From positions 1 to 53,539 of IMG/VR virus record IMGVR_UViG_3300033143_002559: 53,539 nt of DNA; one strand, given 5' to 3'. Shown piece by piece: positions 9,701 through 18,768 of this stretch (positions within the stretch are counted from its first letter, which is position 1; each line of letters begins with the position of its first letter). Origin of the DNA: a virus. Lineage: Duplodnaviria; Caudoviricetes. The position numbers and the translations under genes are program-made. The notes beneath the pieces were generated by a model. That model searched no databases and was not told the DNA's origin. It saw only the letters and a program-made list of their open reading frames with translations.

Positions 9701-10481
9701 GGGTCTGTGTCCCGAGGGCCTGTGCGACGTACATGGTGAAGTCGTCCCACCCGTGGACATCGCCAAACTCACCGACCCTCGGGGGCGGAGCCATGAGCTC
9801 GGAGCCCACAGAGAGATCCGTAGCCATCTCACGGGCCGCATCCCCAACCTCGGTGCCTTTATTTGCGAGGTAGCCGCCGGTCTTGGTTTGGAAGAGTGGA
9901 TTTGTGTAGCCGATTCCGGTCGCGCCAGCCACAGTTGGAGAGTTTGCCAGGAACCCGGCGCCGTTCTCTATAGCGATGCCCGCCGCCCTGGTAAAGAACG
10001 CAGCGGTCTTCGAATTCGATCGCTCGAGGGCCCGGCCGTACTCAGCTACCGTGGTAGCGGCCTTCTGTGTCGGGAGGTTTGACGCTACCCCGGCGATAAC
10101 GCCGACCTTCTCCAGCGCATCCCAAATGTCGGTGCCACTCCTAACAAACGGCGAATCCCAATGGCTCTCCGTCTCCTGCTCGTTTGCCTCGTCGTCCCCA
10201 GTAATCAGCTCACGGAGAGTGCGGCGCTCGGGGGGAGCAATCTGATCCCAGTAGGCGCCGGTGCTCCTGGCTTCCTCATTGAAGCGCCTCTGTCGCTCGA
10301 TCCTCGGCAGGGCGAGAAACTCAGGGTCGTCGCGGAGGTTGTGGAGGCGGGTCCTCTGGTTCATGGCCTCGAACCCGCCGAATTTTTCGTAGTCATTCAG
10401 CAGGTTTTCGATGTACAGCCTAGAGGTGCCATCCGGGAAGGCTACGACCTCTCCGCCGGGGAATCGGAGCCGGAGGGTCAT
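3744..10481 (-). CDS. Large polyvalent internal virion/ejection protein with zincin HExxH and C-terminal LPD38-like domain
   Basis: 2245 aa; Gly/Ala hydrophobic N-region with EEAGTEGIQ; TLYHESFH; C-terminal YYDKISAYEKSRNIII...KIPLPWGFN...NKTFWGGPI. Confidence 0.8.
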   Translation of the reverse strand: MTLRLRFPGGEVVAFPDGTSRLYIENLLNDYEKFGGFEAMNQRTRLHNLRDDPEFLALPRIERQRRFNEEARSTGAYWDQIAPPERRTLRELITGDDEANEQETESHWDSPFVRSGTDIWDALEKVGVIAGVASNLPTQKAATTVAEYGRALERSNSKTAAFFTRAAGIAIENGAGFLANSPTVAGATGIGYTNPLFQTKTGGYLANKGTEVGDAAREMATDLSVGSELMAPPPRVGEFGDVHGWDDFTMYVAQALGTQTPIMGSIVGAGLLPGGIAGAAALAGVGGAGTAAVAGGIGTGLVFAAGAGLETGSISEDLARAGFEGPEADIIAATYGVMAGALEAMPIANLLKRVPIVRDTFKKALVARVMSGGRQALEEAGTEGIQTLVEQTAVDIAHAEKGELEKVSWLTPEGIEQNISQVIESMIQGALIGGIMGGAGPGNIQQAEGVPGDQPLAVPEFEPMPPIEQGVAPIEGPSGPAAPVGEDLLPPAGGPEGPTIPPEVRNNARWNAAPLWLEGNDRLAWAQGQEIDLERIIEGRADVTLEDAIVQLEQAAEEAETFLSGGMEQPDQEDLSVLPEDEAAVEPGMVPIEEPGPLPAAPEGAVPATEAQPSAPLEGLVAPGGIEQPVQPTQADLDEIGAPVPVGEEAEIDRIAAKEEEGQAGIEPAGAVPAPIAPVTGEAAPAITFKPKQASRIQQTKNTSEYPKAVAAVLTQNEGKLLTGDEVQEKLMEMTGFGKAGIRIARVNDAIEEFVKLGVVEKVDGAYRVLPGRIDPDGFAINEAGMRYGIEVARAQAEYANENIEAEREEHERQYEFLKEMKGLVQVYERHPKTGKWFVPDENRDILPYFRAPKPTAAPVSGTKARAKSVEVHTDQVRESAIERGLLTDLSTVDDAVALLSKTGKGNMGLGPKPQMARPKDFRQESLEKPTETKLPTVQDIRRTFRGWGVRQTKPGRFQVTRKGQPVLQVNFTAPKVHSEASIQRMAKAYKMDPDEVRARLAAGTAVVKGSYTFYEATGAHIISLVAPHATPDTLYHESFHFAFHNVLEEKQRQAILKEYGTEEKAAKAYQQLAEKHFEGEKKLTVAERALKAIYDFARAFSESLGITPETAAGVMKKIATGDVYELQKGKKYTVTGDQGATALYSIENAILSAEEAQKEAEKAAKLAENELTDALKQAKKNPPGFGKVPKVIADELSPVERIADPDTFYSLEIADDTEHPAAMLPDETLTEHIRERGKRFLFQKIAPIVHVQEKLTEFGEQLNEAMDGFLKAQNFSARSGALLDWLENNLFVPFTDQLAAEGVSFSDFDLFRMAAHALERNPKIFAGHVTIPKQILQKKIDALEDKGLSEGMKVRALDRGNIGTIKVIDKEAKIADVYFHNPETGLRATVSMPLDQLKNEALATAEEKVAAIDKMVADDNVPHSGIEDDHAKEILNEMRDLTGSVTFDGEAGPNTTYGGSMGRISKRFSKIVRWKENTLFKAGLLSKEELKKWRDYKHYSPMRGKDPDILDVIAGGRRLPIEAIEMYGGKMWHRALARTARSFGLDKEVTKRLGTGRGYNPGRRPAAHRALGRRSFPQHSATLELITDTMEAAVRGEKNRVAKAVWNFAQRFKNATDAKGEKLFEINRPSKRMIYDEKTGAIKEVADGLSVTKDNVYNVWIDGKLYYIRHISPEMAPFVSALNNIGPANIPAFLRGFTFVNREMSKLFTSRNPAFAIPNAFRDAITAGIKLAGEKQFEGFGLKTMTKWGSSWAILKEYARRESRDTLDKMDQEKRSRVEAFKLAGGETSFWIIPDLERQMKMLQKNLTKAKKAGKEATALVVVKQIIPFIEDYNGAIENTMRFSVYERALEMNISKDKAARLARNITVDFTQQGTVAKALTPFYIFANASLQGSKMVYDSVTKNPKARAIVGSMVPMAMTWAFAARIAGGDDPEDGIPYYDKISAYEKSRNIIIMIPGTKGKRAKIPLPWGFNVAWMLGSTMADVIVGAVPPADAAARIVASGMGAFNPIGDNDLSTLLGWQQMVVPSWYDPINDVASNKTFWGGPIRPEKRFYKKSEQYGEEAPNYNNTFSSVSKPSQDFTKFLYKHTSIDVNPENIDYLAAGYFGGLGDLINRSISLAMSLPKRRAMPAAHEMPIVKSFYGDEGTFFAPQMYRANMADHYLRWETYKDLEKTNKSAAAEFYRRHVETLRFHKMVQATEKRVRLLKDQDVKINDSRMQKLFKQFNRRYNTLEKKTLRRRIKER

Positions 10482-11377
10482 TGGCGCCTGGCCGGATTAA
10501 TCTGTCCGTCTCCACCCACGGCGTACTCATTCGCATCTTGGATTTCAGATCCAGTAAATATATCAAAAGCCTGCCCTTTAAGTCGGCCCTCTCTGGCACG
10601 GGCAAGATACTCAAGATATTGGGTTATGTGAGGCCCAAGCCTCGTCTTAGCAAGATCAGACACCTCACTGTCTATAAATTTTTGAACGATAGCGTCCCAG
10701 TTGTTGCCCTTAAATTCTGTCTCCAGTTCCGGCCAAAACTGGACAACCTCAGTCATTACTTTTGCAGCAAGAGTACTCGCCTTCTCTTCTTGCCCCATCG
10801 CAAATTTATCCCATTGCGCCTTTCCTGTTGCCGTCATGTTGCCCCTGGCGCTGGCACGAACGGACTGTTCGAGAATCGGATCTGTTGGGATACCGCCGGC
10901 CTGGGCCGTCATTCGGTCTGCGGAAGTCATCGCTGGTTTCGGAGCGATCATCATGGGATCTTTGCCGGGAACCGACATGGTGCCACCGGCCTCTATCCCG
11001 CGTCCTGTCATCAGCGTGTCAGACTTCTTGAGCCGATCCATAGCGATCTTGTGTTCCTCGTCCTCTTTCATCTGTTGCATGATGAGCTTCGCCGCGGCCT
11101 GGTCCTCACCGGAGACGCCCGCACGCCTCGAGGGGCCGTAGTGAGTGAATCTGCCACCTGGGGAGATCGACCGCTCACGACGATGGCGCGGGGTCATCAG
11201 GAAGTCGTAGAGGTCCTGGAGAGTGCTGCCCCGCGGCTCCTCTGACGGGTCCGGGCCCAGGCCGGACATATCGAGCTCTCGCGGTCCGCCGGGGACATTT
11301 GGAGGCATTGGCGGAGGACCATAGCCCCCAGTCTCGTAACCGCGCATGAGGATGTCGAGCATTTGTGGGTCAATCAT
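10478..11377 (-). CDS. Putative internal virion (ejection) protein
   Basis: 299 aa, Met/Gly/Pro-rich; lies between the nozzle and the giant ejection protein. Confidence 0.6.
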   Translation of the reverse strand: MIDPQMLDILMRGYETGGYGPPPMPPNVPGGPRELDMSGLGPDPSEEPRGSTLQDLYDFLMTPRHRRERSISPGGRFTHYGPSRRAGVSGEDQAAAKLIMQQMKEDEEHKIAMDRLKKSDTLMTGRGIEAGGTMSVPGKDPMMIAPKPAMTSADRMTAQAGGIPTDPILEQSVRASARGNMTATGKAQWDKFAMGQEEKASTLAAKVMTEVVQFWPELETEFKGNNWDAIVQKFIDSEVSDLAKTRLGPHITQYLEYLARAREGRLKGQAFDIFTGSEIQDANEYAVGGDGQINPARRQ

Positions 11378-11387
11378 AGCTTCCCCC

Positions 11388-12245
11388 TCACCGAGCGTAG
11401 AGCATCATCAGTTTGTTGCGGTTGGCGGCATTGATGGACTCTTGATCCATCTCTTGATCGTATCGGTATCTGTCGTAGTCGGTGCCGGCATCGAACCCGC
11501 CCCATCCGTGTTCCTGTTTGGCGCCCCACGCTCCGTACCGCCGACGCTCAGAATCCTCGAAGGCACGCAGCTCAAGCTCCGCGGCCTTCATCCTGCGATC
11601 GGCGTCGGCCTGTGCAGCTTGGAAATCGTACTGGTGTTGGAGAGCCGCGAAGTCACGGTCACGACCACGCTCAGACTCTCCCAGGGTGCCCATGTAGCCA
11701 CCGCCGAGCCCGCCGCCGGATGACAGCATCCCCAGGCCACCAAACTTCCGGGCTGCATCAGCCATCTCGCCGCCCATACGCTCGTCCAGGTAGGCTCCAG
11801 TAGCCGCTACCACCGCCCGCGTATCGACATTGGCGCCCGTGTTGCCCACGCCGCCCCATGAGCCGCCTTCCCAGTCTTCCCACCCAGGGATGTCCCGCAT
11901 GTCTGGGATACCTGGCAACGTACCGGCCTCGGCGTCTCTACGGGCCTTCATCAGCCAGCCGGGGGTGTTGTTCACATGGGCCCCCTGCGGCGTGTGGGTT
12001 TTGCCAGTTGGAGCCATGGGCTTGACCCAACCATTCCCCGCCCCGGTCCCATACCCGATGTTCAAAGCGCCCTGGGCAGGGGATGCGCTGTTTGGGGTTG
12101 AGCGTCCCCCTGACGGCCGGAGGTAGGTTCCGGTTCCGGGCCCGGTTCCGCCGTAGGACGGGTTGGACATTCCGGGCCCAAAGCGTCCCCCGGTCCCGCC
12201 CCGGTATCTATTCGGATCCTGCGCGTATGGTGTGTCGTAAGGCAT
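11388..12245 (-). CDS. Putative internal virion (pilot/ejection) protein
   Basis: Gly-rich; FGGLGMLSSGGG plus Q/A helical segment typical of ejection proteins. Confidence 0.6.
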   Translation of the reverse strand: MPYDTPYAQDPNRYRGGTGGRFGPGMSNPSYGGTGPGTGTYLRPSGGRSTPNSASPAQGALNIGYGTGAGNGWVKPMAPTGKTHTPQGAHVNNTPGWLMKARRDAEAGTLPGIPDMRDIPGWEDWEGGSWGGVGNTGANVDTRAVVAATGAYLDERMGGEMADAARKFGGLGMLSSGGGLGGGYMGTLGESERGRDRDFAALQHQYDFQAAQADADRRMKAAELELRAFEDSERRRYGAWGAKQEHGWGGFDAGTDYDRYRYDQEMDQESINAANRNKLMMLYAR

Positions 12246-12248
12246 TTT

Positions 12249-12896
12249 CTATCTCCCACCCATGTACCGCATGCGTTCACGGCCACTCATGCCGCGCTTG
12301 GCGCGATTGCCAGCCATGAATTCTTTTCTATCGACTCTTTGAGGCAGGCCGAGCAGCCCTCGCTGATACTCCGCCCATTCTTTCGCCTTTTCCCGAAGTG
12401 CCTGTAGCTCCTGGGAGTTCATAAAGTTTGAGGCGGGCCCCCACGACCCGAAGCCTTGCTCCACAAAATTGATGTGCTGTTCGACGCCAGGATACTTCGA
12501 GAGGGCGTAGGTGCCCTCCGGCTCATCCTCTCGTCTCTTGCGGGTGTAGCCGAGCTCCATCCCAAGCCTGGCATCATTCGCCATCGAGTTCGCCATCTTC
12601 TGCCGGCGCTCATAGTTCCCAGGCATGTCGTACTCACTGGTGCTCCAGGGGGCCTTTTCAGCCGGTGGGTTGCCGATGTAGCCGGTAAACCCCTCCGCGA
12701 ATGGATCACGCTGGATGGTGAATTCCGAAAGGGACCTCATCTGGCCGAGAAGCTCTCGTTCGGCGGTCTGGAGCTGCTCCCGCGCTCGCGCCGGGTCCAT
12801 GCCGGCCTTCACGAGCTTTTCTTGAGCCCCTGCGCTCTTGATGGCATCCAGCATGGACATCATGTTTTCCATCTCGGGGGTCATGCCAACAGGCAT
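12249..12896 (-). CDS. Putative internal virion protein
   Basis: 215 aa; GGAGG SD; position in the ejection cluster. Confidence 0.55.
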   Translation of the reverse strand: MPVGMTPEMENMMSMLDAIKSAGAQEKLVKAGMDPARAREQLQTAERELLGQMRSLSEFTIQRDPFAEGFTGYIGNPPAEKAPWSTSEYDMPGNYERRQKMANSMANDARLGMELGYTRKRREDEPEGTYALSKYPGVEQHINFVEQGFGSWGPASNFMNSQELQALREKAKEWAEYQRGLLGLPQRVDRKEFMAGNRAKRGMSGRERMRYMGGR

Positions 12897-12897
12897 T

Positions 12898-13353
12898 TTA
12901 GCCTCCAGACATCAGCGCATCGAGTATCGCGGGGTCGAAGCCGCCCCCTCCGCCGCCGGAGCTGCGATTCCCCATTGTCGGTCCGCGCCTGAAGCCCCGC
13001 TGTTTGGGCTTGTATGTTTCGGGGTGAAGCCCCCTGTTGCTCTGTCGCCACTTCTCGGTTTCCTCGCGCTTCTTCGCCCAATGATCCTGGACCTCCTGTT
13101 GCCAGGGGGCATAGACGTTCTGGCGCCACGCGGGGTCATCGTAGGTTTGCTGGTTGATCCAGTCCCCCTTTACGAGATACTCCCACTCCCCAGGGCTGGT
13201 GCCGTGGCGCGACTGTGGTTTGAGAGCGTCACGGACGGCCCGTTGCCAGTCGCCCTCGCTCCAGTCACCCCGCATTTCCTTCTTCTCGCGTTCCAGCCTT
13301 TGCCGATTTTGCGTGTACGCTCCGAGCCACACCGGGGGATTTTCGATTGGCAT
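12898..13353 (-). CDS. Putative internal virion protein (Trp/Arg-rich)
   Basis: 151 aa; GGAGG SD; tight packing. Confidence 0.55.
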   Translation of the reverse strand: MPIENPPVWLGAYTQNRQRLEREKKEMRGDWSEGDWQRAVRDALKPQSRHGTSPGEWEYLVKGDWINQQTYDDPAWRQNVYAPWQQEVQDHWAKKREETEKWRQSNRGLHPETYKPKQRGFRRGPTMGNRSSGGGGGGFDPAILDALMSGG

Positions 13354-13354
13354 A

Positions 13355-15829
13355 TCAACCTCCGCTGTCTTTCTTCATTTCTTTCCCTGTGGGCAGATAG
13401 CCCAATTCGAGACCCGTAATCTTCGCTCCGGTCGCATCTACCGTACCATGTGGAATTATAAGCACTTGAAGCATAATTTGGTCGAATCCCCTACCGAGTC
13501 CGAAGATGAGCTTCCCGTCGCCCCACTCGCCGCCTTCCGGCATGGCCTGGGCAGGAACGTAGGTCCCGGCGGCCACCTGTGGCGGATACCAGTCGAGTTC
13601 CACATCAAAGGAGGTGTTGACGACGGTGATTCGATGCGCTCCATACTCAGTAAAGATATAGTCTCCGACCCTTCCGCGCACGAATGGGCGCACCGGGCCG
13701 GGGTTAACGTAAATCTTTTCGGTATCATCCAGGTCATCATCGATCTCGATTTGGCTGTCGCCGGTCTTGGTGTAGTCAAGCGGGGTACGGACTTGGGAGA
13801 TGTCCTCGACGTAGAAATCGCACTGGTCAACGAGCCAGGGAAGATCAAAAGTGGCCCCTCCGGTTTGTGGCCCGAGGGCAATGTAGCGGCTCCAGGCGGT
13901 CTCGGTCCCCGTCACGCTCGAGGTGCCAACCGAAACGGACCCCACCTGATCGGTGTCAGTCTGCCAGTCGTCATCGGACTCTTCTCTGATGCGGACGGCA
14001 ATATCCGGCCTCACGGTGGAGTCAGGATCCGCCCAGGTCCGCACCATAACCTCGTTCATGTCGCCCCGGATGCCTAGCGTCTGGAGGCGGAATGAGCCGG
14101 TTTGAAGGTCCCCGCGGTAGTGGATGACCTCTCCAGAGGACGGTTCATCCTTGCCGGTGATCGCGCCGGCCAGGTCGAGGTTCACTGTCACGAGCTCGGC
14201 CGCGGCGCCGGAGACCCTCGCGTACCCGGCATGGATCCCGTCGTGGAGGCCGTCGATGATGAAGGCCGACCGTGGCTCATACGCCTCACCGTCGATCTCC
14301 ACTTCCGGCAGCACGAGCTCCGTGATGCCCCCGGTGGAGTCGTTGACGAGCCACACGGTCCAGGGAGACTTCTGCCGGAAGATGAACAGAACTTGGTAGG
14401 TTGGGTCGAATTGGAGCCATACCGACTCAGCCGAAGCGTCCCAGTCCTCGAACTGGCTCAAATCGAACAGGCTCTCGAGGCGTGAAACCCCAACCGACAT
14501 GGCGGTGTAGATCAGGCCATCGTCAGAGACCACGTAGCCCACCCCATTGAACGAGGCCAGGTTCGAGACCGGCTTGATGCCCTCGCCGTAGTCGTCGTGG
14601 TACATCCAAGGCGCCTGAGTCGAACCGGCGTCGGTGAGGAGGGTAAGCTGGTCTGTCTCGGCAATCAGGATGCCGCTATTAATCGAGGTCATGTCGAGCA
14701 GGGAGCCGGTGCCTGGGAGATCGACGAAGAACCATCCAACACTCTCGAAGTCGTCGATGCTGCCCGGAGCTGCGTTCATTATCCGGCGCGGGTAGGGGTT
14801 CCAGAGGCCATTCGTGATGTTCCCTTCCGCATCCTCGTCGCCCTCGAACCACATGCACCCCCCGTAGACCATGTAGGCGCCAAACTGGGCAAAGCATTGG
14901 GCCCTGTACCTGTCAGAGATCGGCTGGAATGGGTTGAATGCTGGACGGCCGGCCCCGGTCACTGAGTAGCCGATGAGGAAGTCGTTCCCCAAGGTCACGA
15001 AGCGATCATCCCCGTAGCCAATGTCGGTGAACACCGCATCGTCGATGCCGGTTTGCTGCGCGAGCCAGGTCACACCGTCAGTTGAGGTTATGGTTTGGGC
15101 ATCGCTGCCGACTGCCACCAGGAGACCGCCGCTGTAGGTGATGCTCTGGTAGTCGGAGACTGTCGGGGAGGTCCGTACCGAGTAGGAATCCCCATCGTCA
15201 TCCGTGAAGAGAATTGTGGAATCGTCCCCGACGATGTAGAACCCGCCTGGGCCATAAACAACATCTCGGAGGGTTCCGCTTGCGGAGGCGCTTTTGCCAT
15301 CCCATGACGCCCCATCGTCGGTGGAGACATAGACATTGGCAGGAGAGCCTCCCACGGCCATCAGCGTGCCGCTGTGATTGTGAATGGCACGACCACCCCC
15401 GGCTGCGCTGAACGACCAAGTTAAGCCGTTGTCTGTGGTTCTGGTGGTGCCATTCACACAAACAGCACACCATATTTCAGAGGCGGCATAGGCTATCCCG
15501 TAGTGATGTTCGGTCCAGACATCCCCAACATAAATAGCCCCTTCGCGGAAATCCCACGAGACGCCATCTACGGATGAGGCAAAGACCCCTCCGGCGCAAC
15601 AGGCCATGAACATATCCGGGCTGCGGGCGACATCCAGGAACTTTAGGTATCCGCCGCCGCTCGCCATCTCGAAGGTGTAGACCTGGAATCCCTCTTCCAG
15701 CTCTTGCCCGGTCGAGTAGAGGATCGTTCCAACGTCTCCAACGATGACGGCCACCGCAGGGCTGATGACCTCATCCCAGGCAATCGCCTCTAAATCAGGA
15801 CTGGTGAGAGCGGCATCTAGGAAGCTCAC
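13355..15829 (-). CDS. Tail protein: Asp-box propeller plus C-terminal nozzle-like (tail tubular B / P22 gp10-like) region
   Basis: SxDGxxW repeats (SVDGVSW, TDNGLTW, TDDGASW, STDGVTW), then a propeller/beta region ending KITGLELGY; GTG start. Confidence 0.7.
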   Translation of the reverse strand: MSFLDAALTSPDLEAIAWDEVISPAVAVIVGDVGTILYSTGQELEEGFQVYTFEMASGGGYLKFLDVARSPDMFMACCAGGVFASSVDGVSWDFREGAIYVGDVWTEHHYGIAYAASEIWCAVCVNGTTRTTDNGLTWSFSAAGGGRAIHNHSGTLMAVGGSPANVYVSTDDGASWDGKSASASGTLRDVVYGPGGFYIVGDDSTILFTDDDGDSYSVRTSPTVSDYQSITYSGGLLVAVGSDAQTITSTDGVTWLAQQTGIDDAVFTDIGYGDDRFVTLGNDFLIGYSVTGAGRPAFNPFQPISDRYRAQCFAQFGAYMVYGGCMWFEGDEDAEGNITNGLWNPYPRRIMNAAPGSIDDFESVGWFFVDLPGTGSLLDMTSINSGILIAETDQLTLLTDAGSTQAPWMYHDDYGEGIKPVSNLASFNGVGYVVSDDGLIYTAMSVGVSRLESLFDLSQFEDWDASAESVWLQFDPTYQVLFIFRQKSPWTVWLVNDSTGGITELVLPEVEIDGEAYEPRSAFIIDGLHDGIHAGYARVSGAAAELVTVNLDLAGAITGKDEPSSGEVIHYRGDLQTGSFRLQTLGIRGDMNEVMVRTWADPDSTVRPDIAVRIREESDDDWQTDTDQVGSVSVGTSSVTGTETAWSRYIALGPQTGGATFDLPWLVDQCDFYVEDISQVRTPLDYTKTGDSQIEIDDDLDDTEKIYVNPGPVRPFVRGRVGDYIFTEYGAHRITVVNTSFDVELDWYPPQVAAGTYVPAQAMPEGGEWGDGKLIFGLGRGFDQIMLQVLIIPHGTVDATGAKITGLELGYLPTGKEMKKDSGG

Positions 15830-18768
15830 TCTGTCACCTCCTCAACATATACGTCGATCTCGTAGGCGCCTAGCTTCCAAACCATGTTCTTCAGCCCGTG
15901 CTGATTTGTGCCCACAAACGCAAAGAAATCCGTTCCATCAGAACAAATTGGCAGGAAGTTGGACTCATAGGGGCCGGTTACATAGTGACCAAAATAATAA
16001 CCGGATCCGGTCGGGGCAGGCGTCAAAAACTGCGGGTCCTCCCAATCATAAGAATTAACATTCGTTGACCATGTTCGTCCACCATCAGTCGAGGTTATGA
16101 ACCCGGTCCTTTTGTTAGCCGAATAAGGGCTGCTGGCATATATGATCCTACAAACATAAGTTGGATGAACCGTATCAGCATCAACAACTGCTATTGAGTT
16201 CGCACCATGTTTCCAGTACCCGGAAGCGTCGAATTCACCATCAAACGACCGCCTGGTGGAAACCCCAAGGTGATTATCAGAAGGTCCGTATTCCACATAA
16301 GTAATGAGCCAGTCGGTGTTTCTCGATGCCCCGAAGGAATGAGCCTTGTATTTGGAGCCCGCGATAGAGGCAAAGATTGGCGGTGTATACGGCCGGAGCT
16401 GGTCAGGAGGAAAGTCCTGGAGAAATGCGTTTGCTGGTTTGGTGTCCCATTCCGCCCATGCGTTGAAGCCTCCGGCGCCTCCGCTGGAGCCGGTGTAGTA
16501 GATTTTCGCGCTTTGGGCAGAAATGGTAATATCGTATTCATCGCCAAGATTGCTGCTAGTACCAATCGCCCAAAGGGTTGAGGTTGTTGGGAATGTCATC
16601 GGGCTCCAAGTGAGTCCGTCCGATGCAGACTTGAGAACCGTTCCCTCTTTGCCAATAGCCAGGTATTCCCTCTTGGTAACTCCATCCCCGTCGTTGATAA
16701 CGGCAATGAGATCAACCGTGACGCCGCTCGATGGGGTAGTCCAGGTGACGCCGCTATCAGCAGAATGCCAAATGATGCCACCAAGACCAACGGCAACGAT
16801 GCTGTTCCCGTCCTTGGGCTCAAACGCTACTGAGGTCAGGGTGCTGGCCGGCGGATTGCCTCCGATTTGCCTCTCCGTCCAGTTGCCAGTCGCCGCATCT
16901 GGAGAAGTCCACACCCTGTTCCCAACGGCAATAAATTGGCTACCGTCATGTTGAGCATCGCAAATGAAATCTGACAAATCCCCAAAATCTGCATAGCTCG
17001 TGGCGCCGGCCTCGATCCTAACGCGCCGCCTAATCTTCCAAACCTTCCCGTTATCCATCAGGGCGTAGAAGCATCCATCCATCGCGTTGTAGGAGAGGTC
17101 AACAAACCCGCCGGCGCCGTGCCACGTATATTTGTATTCCCAGGTGATGCCGTCGAGCGAGAAGTAGGCTCTTGTTTTGGTGTAGTCTACTCCGTCTACC
17201 TCTTCTACATACGAATCGCCAACAGCGCAGCAACACCGGCCCTCGTCGTCCCATGCAACAGCGTGGAGATCAACCGTAATGGCGGGGTCGAGGATGTCAC
17301 AAGGCACCCAGTCGATCCCATTATTGTCTGATGTCACGCAGGCCCCGCCGGTTCCAACAGCAACCCATAAGTCGTGATATGGACTGTACGAAACCGAAGC
17401 CAGCGACTCGGTTGTGTTGCTTGTTCTCTTGGTGATCGAGGTTGGATTTGTGAAGGTGAGAATAACGCCGTCGCCGCCCTCCGCGTCACCAACGACAACG
17501 TAGTAGTGAGTCCCGCCTTCGACCTTCTGTGCAACGGCCATACTCCGCAGGGTAACGAGTGTATTGGTTGTGTAGATCGTGCCATTTTCGTCCCCAACAA
17601 GCCCACCCGCTCCACAGTAAAGCCAGGTACTAGGGGCCGCGGTTCTAGGCACCATAGAATATAGGGCCACTTCACCAAGCGGTGAGTCCTTTTCAAGATA
17701 ATTCGACGCCCAATTGTGATTGTAGGTTTCAAACGACCCACCCTCTGTTAGTGGAGGAGGGATTCTGTATTTTCCATCGGACCTAATGTGTTCACCCTGA
17801 AGCGTTAAAATATGTTTACTCGTTGAGAGCAGGCCAGCATCATAGGCTTTTGTAAAAGATATATCCTTGTTAGATGGGAGCGGGATTCCGTAGAGACCTT
17901 CACTACCAAACACGTTTCGAGAGAAGGCCGCACCTTCCTTGCCGGTAACGCAGATCGGCCAGAACGTTTCCTTGACGTCATCGAAGAAATCATACCGGAG
18001 CTCCCCGCCTGCCGAAATCGACGTGACTTCGATAGGCTCCCGTTCCGGCGCCTCAGTCTCCGCCTCATACCATGCGCCAAGATTCGTGCGACTGATGTTG
18101 GAGTAGAACGGGCCCGAAATGAGCCTCTCGTCAATCGGCTGATCCATGTTCACCGTGCCGTAGACAAGCCAGCCTCCCAGGGACTCAATCCTGATCGGCC
18201 ATATTGCACGATCGGCAGGATGGACTCTGAGGATCTCGTAGGGTTCATCGGTGAGGGCCGGCATGATCTCGTCGGTGAGGATGTGGTTGTCATCGACCAC
18301 CTTCTTGATCGTGTAGAGGTCGTTACCGTCCCCCGGCTCACGGATCAGGCACCCAGGCCACACCTCTTGCAGCCAGGCGGTGTTCTCGCCGTCGCTCTCC
18401 ACTTCGGCCTTGACCCCATCGGTCGTAATCGTGCCGTCCTTGTAGACGGAGTAGAGAGGCGCAACGACGCTGGAGACCCAGGTGAAGGGGGCCCACCGGC
18501 CGAACCAGATGGTGTGCCCTGAGCGGCTCACGTAGAAGGCGGAGTTCAGGTAGTCCTCGAGGTCAGACCCGGTGAGGTCCGCGGCCCATGATGCCATGCC
18601 AGCGTAGGCGGCCCGCCAGTTAGAGCGGAGGCTGATCGCGTTGTCGCTACGGGCGATGTAGAGGTTCTCGAGCTCGGTCATCCCCGGCGGGTCGATCTGT
18701 GTCGAGTGGGCCCGCAGGACCTTGGTGGCGCCTGAGAGGGGGATCGCCTTGTATTTCTTGTTTGCCAT
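15826..18768 (-). CDS. Tail protein: nozzle-like N-terminus plus Asp-box/BNR beta-propellers
   Basis: N-terminal ...TELENLYI...ISLR; many SxDGxTW boxes. Confidence 0.7.
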   Translation of the reverse strand: MANKKYKAIPLSGATKVLRAHSTQIDPPGMTELENLYIARSDNAISLRSNWRAAYAGMASWAADLTGSDLEDYLNSAFYVSRSGHTIWFGRWAPFTWVSSVVAPLYSVYKDGTITTDGVKAEVESDGENTAWLQEVWPGCLIREPGDGNDLYTIKKVVDDNHILTDEIMPALTDEPYEILRVHPADRAIWPIRIESLGGWLVYGTVNMDQPIDERLISGPFYSNISRTNLGAWYEAETEAPEREPIEVTSISAGGELRYDFFDDVKETFWPICVTGKEGAAFSRNVFGSEGLYGIPLPSNKDISFTKAYDAGLLSTSKHILTLQGEHIRSDGKYRIPPPLTEGGSFETYNHNWASNYLEKDSPLGEVALYSMVPRTAAPSTWLYCGAGGLVGDENGTIYTTNTLVTLRSMAVAQKVEGGTHYYVVVGDAEGGDGVILTFTNPTSITKRTSNTTESLASVSYSPYHDLWVAVGTGGACVTSDNNGIDWVPCDILDPAITVDLHAVAWDDEGRCCCAVGDSYVEEVDGVDYTKTRAYFSLDGITWEYKYTWHGAGGFVDLSYNAMDGCFYALMDNGKVWKIRRRVRIEAGATSYADFGDLSDFICDAQHDGSQFIAVGNRVWTSPDAATGNWTERQIGGNPPASTLTSVAFEPKDGNSIVAVGLGGIIWHSADSGVTWTTPSSGVTVDLIAVINDGDGVTKREYLAIGKEGTVLKSASDGLTWSPMTFPTTSTLWAIGTSSNLGDEYDITISAQSAKIYYTGSSGGAGGFNAWAEWDTKPANAFLQDFPPDQLRPYTPPIFASIAGSKYKAHSFGASRNTDWLITYVEYGPSDNHLGVSTRRSFDGEFDASGYWKHGANSIAVVDADTVHPTYVCRIIYASSPYSANKRTGFITSTDGGRTWSTNVNSYDWEDPQFLTPAPTGSGYYFGHYVTGPYESNFLPICSDGTDFFAFVGTNQHGLKNMVWKLGAYEIDVYVEEVTE

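Noticed and set aside
8646-10082. Long plus-strand ORFs (e.g. 478 aa, 347 aa, 307 aa) within the late operon
   Set aside because: Antisense shadows of GC-rich coding genes, with no SD or recognisable motifs
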